A stretch of DNA of 64,000 nt. Origin: Balanoglossus misakiensis (lineage: Eukaryota > Animalia > Hemichordata). Location: the NCBI GenBank assembly GCA_040954595.2, contig CM082588.2, forward strand, positions 1-64,000, read 5' to 3'. The stretch's first letter is position 1; each line of letters opens with the position of its first letter. The position numbers and the translations under genes are program-made. This document shows, piece after piece, positions 33,701 through 44,700 of this stretch. A model generated the notes under the pieces. The model made no database searches, was not told the origin of the DNA, and was given only the letters and a program-made list of their open reading frames with translations.

Positions 33701-36480
33701 TGTTCCAATACTATACGCACTCTTAAAATGTTGACTACAAACCTTTATATTTTCTTCATTTGACAACCAGATATGTTCATCTGCCATCAAGCAAATAGTT
33801 TATGGGGTGAGTGCAAGACCACGTCCTTGTCCACTTCTACCATTGGCAATATCTGGATAAAAACATCAGCCTGCACTGTTCGCCATATTCTAACAAAAGA
33901 ACACAAAATTTGTATCCATGATTAATGAACAAATTGGCGAAAGATTGTATAAATTGATTCAATGAGTTAAATTTGGATGTGTTCCAATACTACACGCACT
34001 CTTAAAATGTTGACTACAAACCTTTATATTTTCTTCATTTGACAACCACATATGTTCATCTGCCAACATGCAAATAGTTTATGGGGTGAGTGCAAGACAA
34101 AGTCCTTGTCCACTTCTACCATTGGCAATATCTGGATAAAAACATCAGCGTGCACTCTTCGCCATATTCTAACAAAAGAACAGAAAATCTTTATCCATGA
34201 TTAATGAACAAATTGGCGAAAGATTGTATAAATTGATTCAATGAGTTAAGTTTGGATTTGTTCCCACACTATATACACTCTTAAAATGTTGACTGCAAAC
34301 CTGTATGTTTTCTTTATTTGACATCCAAATATCTTCATCTGCCATCATGCAAGTAGTTTATTGGGTGACTGGGAAACCAAGTCCTTGTCCACTTCTACCA
34401 ATGGCAACATTCAGATACACAGCATCAGCCTGCACTCTTCGCCATATTCTCACAAAACAACAGAGAAAACATGATTCATGATCAATGAACAAAGAGGTGA
34501 CATATTTTATAAAATTGATTCAATGAGTTAAGTTTGGATATGTTCCAATACTATATACACTCTTAAAATGTTGACTGCAAACCTGTATGTTTTCTTTATT
34601 TGACATCCAAATATCTTCATCTGCCATCGTGCAAGTAGTTTATTGGGTGACTGGGAAACCAAGTCCTTGTCCACTTCTACCACTGGTAACATTCAGATAC
34701 ACAACTTCAGCCTGCACTCTTCGCCATATTCTAACAAAACAATGGAAAAAAACATGATTCATGATCAATGAAGAAAGTGGTGACATATTTTATAAAATTG
34801 ATTCAATGTGTTAAGTTTGGATTTGTTCCAATACTATATACACTCTTAAAATGTTGACTGCAAACCTGTATGTTCTCTTTATTTGACATCCAAATATCTT
34901 CATCTGTCATCATGCAAGTAGTTTATTGGGTGAGTGCAAGACCACGTCCTTGTCCACTTCTACCATTGGCAATATCTGGATAAAAACATCAGCCTGCACT
35001 CTTCGCCATATTCTAACAAAAGAACAGAAAAATTGTATCCATGATTAATGAACAAATTGGCGAAAGATTGTATAAATTGATTCAATGAGTTTAGTTTGGA
35101 TTTGTTCCAACACTATATACACTCTTAAAATGTTGACTGCAAACCTGTATGTTTTCTTTATTTGACATCCAAATATCTTCATCTGCCATCATGCAAGTAG
35201 TTTATTGGGTGACAAGGAAACCAAGTCCTTGTCCACTTCTACCAATGGTAACATTCAGATACACAACTTCAGCCTGCACTCTTCGCCATATTCTAACAAA
35301 ACAACGGAAAAAAACATGATTCATGATCAATGAAGAAAGTGGTGACATATTTTATAAAATTGATTCAATGTGTTAAGTTTGGATGTGTTCCAATACTATA
35401 TACACTCTTAAAATGTTGACAACAAACCTTTATATTTTCTTCATTTGACAACCAGATATGTTCATCTGCCAACATGCAAATAGTTTATGGGGTGAGTGCA
35501 AGACCAAGTCCTTGTCCACCTCTACCATTGGCAATATCTGGATAAAAACATCAGCCTGCACTCTTCGCCATATTCTAACAAAAGAACAGAAAAATTTTAT
35601 CCATGATTAATGAACAAATTGGCGAAAGATTGTATAAATTGATTCAATGAGTTAAATTTGGATTTGTTCCAATATTATATACACTCTTAAACTGTTTACT
35701 GCAAACCTGTATGTTTTCTTTATTTGACATCCAAATATCTTCATCTGCCATCGTGCAAGTAGTTTATTGGGTGACTGGGAAACCATGTCCTTGTCCACTT
35801 CTACCAATGGCAACATTCAGATACACAACATCAGCTTGCACTCTTCGCCATATTCTAACAAAACAACAGAAAAAAAATGATTCATGATCAATGAACAAAG
35901 TGGTGACATATATTATAAAATTGATTCAATGAATCAGTTAAGTTTGGATTTGTTCCAACACTATATACACTCTTAAAATGTTGACTGCAAACCTGTATGT
36001 TTTCTTACTTTGACAACCAAATATTTTTTTCTGCCATCGTGCAGAGTTTATTGGGTGAAAGCAAAACCAAGTCCTTGTCCACTTCTACCAATGGCAACAT
36101 TCAGATACACAACATCAGCCTGCACTCTTCGCCATATTCTAACAAAACAGAAAAAAAAATAATCAATGATCAATGAACAAAGTGGTGACATATTTTATAA
36201 AATTGATTCAATGAGTTAAGTTTGAATTTGTTCCAATACTATATACACTTGTTGACTGCAAACCTGTACGTTTTCTTCATTTGACGTATATCTTCATCTG
36301 CCATCATGCAAGTTATATATTGGCTGACTGCAAGACCAAGTCCTTGTCCACTTCTACCGTTGGCACCATTAGAAATTAACATCAGTCTTCATGCTTGAAC
36401 TTGCTTCATCTGCCATCATGCAAGTACTTTATTGGCTGACTGGAAGACCAAGTCCTTGTCCACTTCTACCATTGGAATCA
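30640..36480. repeat. 279-bp AT-rich tandem array (~21 copies, two subtypes) ending in ~112-bp partial repeats
   Basis: GAGTTAAATTTGGATGTGTTCC recurs at about 30895, 31174, 31453, 31732, 32011, 32290 and so on; most conserved core GTCCTTGTCCACTTCTACC. Confidence 0.97.
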
Positions 36481-36690
36481 TTTGGAATTTTGTCGTCATC
36501 CTTCCTGCTTAACTTAAAGCAATTATACTTTAATATTGTTAGTTTCTGTTATATTATAGCATACTAGGAAACAATTACCAAAAAATTTGCTAAACTTATC
36601 TACCATCACAGTTGGAAAGCTTCTCTATTGTAGACATTGGAAGAACTTCATGACAAGATAAAATTCGAACAAGGATACAATAGGAATTCG

Positions 36691-36855
36691 CATACACGTA
36701 CGTTACATACATACATGCATACATTACATACATGCTTACATACATTACATACATACATTACATACATGCATTACATGCATTACATACATTACATACATGC
36801 ATTACATGCATTACATACATTACATACATTACATACATTACATACATTACATACA

Positions 36856-36886
<31 letters not shown>

Positions 36887-37133
36887 CATACATACATACA
36901 TACATACATACATACATACATACATACATACATACATACATACATACATACATACATACATACATACATACATACATACATACATACATACATACATACA
37001 TACATACATACATACATACATACATACATACATACATACATACATACATACATACATACATACATACATACATACATACATACATACATACATACATACA
37101 TACATACATACATACATACATACATACATACAT
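36691..37133. repeat. (TACA)n microsatellite preceded by (TACATACAT)n
   Basis: Pure TACA run from about 36858 to 37133; source of the HTYI/MYVC ORFs. Confidence 0.98.
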
Positions 37134-38104
37134 AGAGAACAATTCTGTACCCTAAAATTTGAAATGAGTAATTTTCCTGACCTTCACTTTCAGGTTTTGG
37201 GAAATACAGCTAATTGAATTTGATTTAGAATACAATACTTAATTTCATCTGTATACTTCTAACTGGCTCATTATGAAAAATAGAAATAGTCACAAGAATA
37301 CAAGTTTCTCATAGCCTGCTTATACCACTCCAGCCAAAGTATTAGTTGTTATAGTTAGTTAATGGTGTGTTAGTACGTTAATATTGAAGTTAGAAAAAAT
37401 GGCTGAAATGGCACAAACAGTTTTCTAGATTGAATCAATTTGATTTGACTGCACAATTCACTAAACAAAATTTCCTCAATGCATACATGTAATTTTTAGA
37501 ATTACTGAATCATATGGACATTTAGGCTACAGTTAAATAAGCATAGTTGAGTTAAATGGTTACAGACTTGTTCTCTCTGTAATATTGTTTTAACACACAT
37601 TAAACGCACATGTTCATGCATGTATGTGTATGAGAATTCATACTGTGTCCTAATCTGAATCCTTCTTGTCATGAAGTTTTCCCAATGGCTGCAACAATTG
37701 GGAAGCTCTTCAACTGTGATAGTAGACAAGTGTGCTAATTAACATAATTGAAATTCTGCATAAGTAACCAGTGTGATCAAGGGAACGCATACGGAAAGTC
37801 AATGTCAATGCCATAATCTTCACTGGATCAACAGATTAAGGAGCAAAATTCACTCATTTTTGACCGTTTAGAGATTGATTTTGTATGACAGAAAATGATG
37901 GTTACAAATCAACATCAATTTTTAACACAAACATAATACGAGTAATCAATGTATACTTGATATCTTTGAAAGGGCAAAAAGCGATTTTGTCGCTTTAAGA
38001 GAAAACTGGACAGAACGCAATCCATTCATAAACTCTTAAAATGCTGACTAAAAACCTGTGTCTTCTCTTCATTTGGCATCCAGATATCTTCATCTGCGAT
38101 CATG
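37131..38104. repeat. Duplicated AT-rich element, copy 2
   Basis: Colinear with 29858-30720; ends in CTTCATCTGC, part of the 279-bp unit. Confidence 0.88.
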
Positions 38105-38469
38105 GACCCTACATGGTCTATGATAAAACACACTCAAATTGAATACGGATCTATAAAAACATGCATTAGTAGAATTGAAGAGTGAAGTTCTTCACTGCAA
38201 TGCCATGGAAACTTAAATGCATGCAGTCGCGAATAAACATGTGTGATTGACATCGTGAAATGCAACACACCAGCTCGGCTACATCCATGCACAATCTGGC
38301 AAACAGACAAACACACGTACGCATTAAAATGGTTGCGGTTTCATGACTTTGATATACATTACACAATTTGTTTGAACATGAAGGTTTGCAGCCAAGAATC
38401 GTGCTACTAATGCGACAAATAATCGTAGAATGGAAATTTTACAGAAATAACGATGCAGTTAGTGAAATA

Positions 38470-38564
38470 TACGAACGCGAAAAATTAATCATCTCGTAAC
38501 AGTCGCCTCTTTTGATATCGCGAAAATTTCCTGTCGCGAAAAAAAATCGTGAGTGTTTACAGTA
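38470..38564. mobile_element. Possible end of a MITE/non-autonomous DNA transposon
   Basis: Three CGCGAAAA motifs ending in TTTACAGTA, a terminus style common in invertebrate MITEs; partner end not found. Confidence 0.3.
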
Positions 38565-38759
38565 TATACGGCAAAATTCTGTGTTGACCAAATTTAACGT
38601 ACAACAAAAAAGTATTATTGTACTTAAAGTACGTTGCGGGCATCCGAATATTAAACAGCACCCTCTATCGGTTGGATATGTAGAACTATAGATGCAATAT
38701 TATAGTATGAACAACATTTTTTGGTTTTACAGGAAAACGGGTGTGGGGACCCCCGTTTT

Positions 38760-39295
38760 TAAATGAATGTTACAGGACCTCCCTTTTTGGTTACATATCA
38801 CTTGTTATTAAAAGTTGGATATTATATGGCATCTTTGAACTACAAAATGATTTTTTTGAAAATAATTACGGTGAGGAAATTGTGATTTTAGGAAGATATA
38901 TTTTTCATGCAGCTTTTCATGAACGTTTTTTGATAACAGATAGAAAGCACAGAGTAGATAAAAACGACAGGATTTGCTTGTTGTGTGACAGTAACGAAAA
39001 CGAAGATGCACATCATTTCCTATTGTGTTGTACTTTGTTCCAGTCACAGACTAAGATATATTCTTACGGTGTATTTCAACCCACCGACTAAAAGAAAGTT
39101 TTTTTCCTTATGAATTCAAACGATGGTACCTTTCTACAGTGTTCAGCAGCATTGCTTTTTTCATGCTATCATGGGAGTGGGAAAAGACAGATGATTTTCA
39201 ATTATGAAATAAGTTAAGTATTCTCGTCAGTTTTAATTTTGAAAGAAAATGTAAAGAATTGTGGGCCAGAGGCTTTGAAATACGGAAATAAACAG
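38760..39295 (+). mobile_element. Degenerate 5'-truncated non-LTR retrotransposon (LINE) 3' end
   Basis: ORF 38741-39091 contains RICLLCDSNENEDAHHFLLCC, the C-terminal CxxC...HxxxC motif typical of L2/Crack/RTEX-type ORF2; AATAAA near 39287. Confidence 0.75.
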
Positions 39296-41794
39296 CACTA
39301 ATTATCCAATTGGTCCGAAATTAAGAGATTGCTTGAGGGTGCATAAATATGAGCCAACACACAATGTGTCGAGAGAAATTTGTTGTGTCCAGAGTATTAA
39401 AAATATCAATTTACTCAATGTGTGAACGTGTTGGCAAAATATTGTTGGCAACGTACTTGTTTATGAAACGTGAAAGAGCCTGTGCTAAACTAGGTCAATT
39501 TCCTGACAAATATTGAACACGTGAATTGAAGTACGTCTAAAGTATCGGTGTTTAAATTAAGTTCCATTACGTTACAAGTTGTACTCCGTGAAAAATAGAC
39601 GATCGATTGCCGCTAAATTTTACCCGCAATAATACAGAGTAATATCGGGAGATGACAGAAATATTGTTACCCGAAACTATTACCCGCGCAGAGTACAGAC
39701 TAATGTATAACAATGCGATATTACTCGCAATATATACTACTGAGCAATACCAAGTTTGATCAGAATGAAATGGCAATGACCACTAAAATAAACGGACTAT
39801 GTAACTATAACAAAACTCGCAATTATATAGAGTAATACAACATGACAATAAATACGATTGATATCAATAACACAAAAGTCGGAGTGTGTCACACTAATAA
39901 TAGAACCCACAAGAATACAGAGTAATATAACGTGAGACCTAATATTATTGACAAGCAAATGTTCAAGTTTTGAAACCAAACACTAGCAAAACCTCGAAAT
40001 TAAAGGCGGAATTTGTTACACGCAAAAATGCAGTAATAAACGGGCCAGAAAATGTGCACAAAAATTCGGCACAGAAAAACTTCATGGAAATTTCCCCTAA
40101 CATTATTTCTTGAACTTACTCCCAGCATTCCGTACGTGCTTCAATAAATATTGCAAGTTTCACCGCGACAACTGGAGATTCGCTCCTAGTTTTCTCTCGA
40201 CTACCACAAGTTCCCTTCTCCCACCAGGAAAAAAAACTAATGCACAGACGATTTTGTGTGCACGTGTTGGAAACCGAAAGCACTTGAGCGTCCGCACAAC
40301 GTTTCATCACATTTCCCCCCACTAGGGTCGAAAAGTCGCAGCGCCAATTGAAGTAAATAACAGCTACTTAACTGGTAGATACTCTGTTCTTCATCTTGGG
40401 TTCCGGGCTGAAGATAATCCATTAGCTTTTCAGACAAAATCACGTAGCTCTGCGGGCTGTTGCTCTCTTGAAAGTCCCGGTTGTTCTGCGTCAGTTGCGT
40501 TTGAAAGCATGGATGACGTGGATGACGCACAGGTGCATTGCATAATTATAAGCCGTTTAGCGAGGATCCACTGCATGCGCCTCACGTGTGCAACGGGACG
40601 CAACCAGCATGAATAATAAATCAAACACACCTGGTCAAAAGGAACAGTTCACTGTTCGTATCAAAAAAAATTGACATGGGTTATAGCTTATACACGCTCA
40701 ACAATTCCTGTCTTCATGAATTTTGGCCATTTTGGCATTTTCATGTCATACGCATGGACTGACAGTCGACCTGCAACTGGATCTGTCTAATAGAATGTTA
40801 AATTTATAAAATTACAATTTCCAAAATCAGTTTCTCACTCGAGTTGCCCCGAAAATGTTAAACTTTTGAAATAAATAATTTCTGAGACAAGTCTCACCTA
40901 AACACCCGGCTACCAAACTTTCAGATTCTTGAGTACCAAAGTATGGTTAATATCATCAAAGTCGTGCTACTGTGACTTCTCAAGATATGCCAACTTGCTG
41001 ATTTTTAAAGAAGCAATTGGCACTAAATTTCGTTGTATATTTGATAATCACTGACATATGATATCAAGTTAAACATTTTAACATTTTGCAGTCATACATA
41101 TGGATAAACAGGTGAAACAACACATACATACTTTTGACATTGGCTTTTCAAAGTGTCTTTTGCACATAACTACTGTTATACAGTGAAGAACACAAACAAT
41201 AAATTTCATTACAACTTGATTCTTTATTACTACTAATGAGAGGGTGTTGGCTGCATTACATATGTTGAAAATGTTTCTAATGCTTCGTGATATTAAACAA
41301 TATTGCCTATGAAAATATGACCGTTATGGACCTCATTGCTTGGGAGTTTCAATGATGAACTTGACTTGCCAATTATGTGAAACCTGCTTATTCATACTAA
41401 GATTGCTTGGTAAATGAATGTTATCGATTCCAAAAAAATGTGACTTTTCATTTACTTTTAGAATTATGTCATACAATTATGTCATACTGGAATGAAACTG
41501 ATAATTCAGTTTCAACCAGTATATTTACCAGAAACAATATCCAATTATCAAATCTACAAGAAAAAATATTAGCACACCGGACAAATACCATAAACATTGT
41601 AAAACTTTCAGGTCTGTGAACTGAGCCGTTTGTTCATAAGTTGACGGCATAGAATGGATTATGAAAAAATATAGCAAAACTGTATTTCCATCAGTTTTTT
41701 TTCAACATTCCAAATAACACAATGTGGTGATCTGATAACATTTAGCCATTCAAAGTCAAGCTGTAAAGGCCAATACACATGGTGCCGGTTGTCA

Positions 41795-44700
41795 TCAATC
41801 TTGGTCACTTTCCTCATCGTCGGTTGTGTAGTCCAGTTCATCGCTGTCATTCTTGTTCTCCTCATCATCCGAGATGTCCCACTGAGGGTGCGACTCTTCC
41901 ACGGCTTTAGCTTCATGTACGTCCAGCTGCCAGCAGAAAGAAGCACAACTGTGATGAATGATGAACCCATTTGACACTACTTATTTGGCCAAACACCATG
42001 CTCCGTTCCTGAATAAGGACTGTACTATGTATTCAAAAAGGGCAGATTTTTTTCAAAACTTTTGCCAAATGTGATATTCGTCTCCACAGTTCAGTAAGGC
42101 TGCATAGTTTGGTACCACACACCACACTTCACCCCTCCCCACAGTATCTTCACAAGAGTTCCCCTAACATTCTTTCAATCTAACTCACCTTGATAGGTTT
42201 GGTAACATCAAGATCTAAATACGAATCTGATCGAAGAGTAACAGTGTATTGACAAGAGTTCCCCTAACATTCTTTCAATCTAACTCACCTTGATAGGTTT
42301 GGTAACATCTAGATCTAAATACGAATCTGATCGAAGAGTAACAGTGTATTGATACTGTCCAGGCTTAGTCGGTGCTTGGAACTTGATTTGAGTCTGAAAG
42401 GACAAAATATCATCATGTTATTTCCGATTAGACAACACTGGGCTAACTTGTTTGGCACTACTACCTATTGTGCACTTGTCAGTTGTATATATAGCTTGAT
42501 TGCGATTGTGTATTTTTATATGTATAATTCCCCCGTATTTCGAACGAGTGTGCCTGCGTCGCGGACGAGTGATTTCCCGTATAGCGGCCGTATCCCTCCG
42601 AGCCGCAGGTACACGAGTGAGGAATACGGGGGAATTATATGTTTATCACATCCATAGATCCGCTAATTTTGATTTTCAAATAAAACTCTTTGTGGTTGCG
42701 ATAAATTTTGGAACTATTTTGTGCAAAATTGAATATCGATGTTATGCGGTCTATCTGTCAGGTGACTCAGGTCACGACCTGGTGGACGATTCTGGTTTTG
42801 GCGAGGACCTGTCTGTCGTGCGTCAGCTGGATTTCATCGTCCGTCAAGGTTTCACTGGAGCAGGAAACCTTTCTTATGCCTTTTGCTTTATGACTAGACC
42901 GTTTTGCTCTAATCATCGCATCAACATTTTTTGCGAATACTCAATTTTGTACCTGTTGCTCGTTCGACAACGCGACGACATTGGCTCAGCACTACCGACC
43001 TCGCGACAGTTTTGGTGCCGGTTGGTGCGATAAAAATGTACACAGGTAAAACTAATCGTCGATCGTCAATATTTACACATACGAAACATTTTATTTATCT
43101 TTGCTTATGTTTTTATATCGAAATAAAACCAACAATTCCACTGAATTTTGCCACCCAAAGGGGACTTTGTTTACAAGTTTAAAATAGTTCCGTTTGGTGA
43201 CGTCAGAGGGATGGTAATTACAATAACGCTTGGTGCATATTTACCTACGTCTGACGTCACACTATGGTAATATGCGGAGCTATGTATGTGATAAGGTTAT
43301 GTATTTCTATTCTGGTGAGATGTTACGATCAGGTGCTAAATGTGCTAACCTATGTTGCCTTTGGATTAGCTCAGAATAAACGCAAATGGAAACTTAATTC
43401 TGGTCTGTACTGTAGATATGCTCACCTCCTCCTCATCCCGCAACGTACATATCTGTGTTGGTGTTGTTACAATGCCGTGTTTCTTCTTGTCAGCAATGTA
43501 GAGCCACCACCACTCTTGCTTTACCTACAAACAAAAATCAGGAGATTGTAAACAAATTTCAAAAGCTGGATTTGAGGAATTTTAGGCTGTTTTTAAAAGA
43601 CACATTCACAAGAACCATCGTTGTTAAGTCTCTCTCTCGCTGCCATTTTTCCATTAATTATGTTTGATACAAGACACCCTTAATGTTAATGTACATGTGT
43701 ATGTGTAGTGAATGAATGTTCAACCACACACAACTTCCATCCCGCTTGTATGATATGAGATTAAAAACTCGCCCAAAATGAATGGTACAGACCAAATATT
43801 CATTTTGGCGAGTTTTTTCACTCTCGTGTAGCTACGAGTGGGATGGAAGGTGTGTGTGGTTGAACGTTGATTCACTATATCCACATGTACATTAACATAA
43901 ACGGTGTCCTGTATCAAACATAATTAAAGAAAAAAGGGCAGTGAGAGAGAGAAATTGTCCCTTTAAACAGGACATGTGTGCCCAACACTAAGATGGATGG
44001 AACAGAAACTGCATGCTTTGGCACAGACGAATATGCAACTGTTCAAGTGGTCTTGTTAAAGGTGGCATGACCTTACAAAATGCACTCTGACATTTATGGA
44101 ACAGAGATGTAACACTAATCGTAGCCTTGTCAATTCTGTGAACACCTGAGGTGGTAATTGCCAAAAGCTGGTCAGTAGTGGAGAATATCTTGAACGTATC
44201 ACACAATGTTCTCCAAACTCAACAATATTCACATCAACTCAAGTTGTGCAAAAATATACAGTTGCTCATACCTGGCGATGTAGTAAGCAAAAGTGCAGAG
44301 AGAATTCCAATGGAATACTAAGTAGGTGCCTGCAACTTATACTACACAATCTTTATCCTTTTTTTACACTACACAGATTTTTTGCTTAGTGAACAGTCCC
44401 AACAAACTCACCTCTGGATAGAATGGACAGTGTACTTCATGGGTAATTTTTGACTTTGTTTCTAAAACTTTCTCTCTTCTCTTAATATTGGCTTGCAGTC
44501 CCTCCCAGTCATCTTCTTCCTCCTCAGAGACGTCGGCGTCATCCAAATGGCCTTGGTCATCTTCGCTGTCACTAGATCTGTCACTGTGTTTGTGAGGGTT
44601 CTCTTCACTGTCACTGTCAGCATCACTATGTCTGTTACTCTCATCATCAGATTCCTCGTTGTGCTCCTTCTCACCAACCTCTTGCACTCTCTGTGGAAAC

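Noticed and set aside
36637-37217. HTYI/MYVC-repeat ORFs
   Set aside because: Translations of the (TACA)n microsatellite.
39560-39960. Loosely recurring TTACCCG and AGAGTAATA motifs
   Set aside because: No consistent period or boundaries by eye; probably a decayed repeat.
42524-42640. SECIS element (tandem GA pairs)
   Set aside because: Intronic and antisense to SEC63, lacks the AUGA core and apical AA, and no in-frame UGA selenoprotein is nearby.
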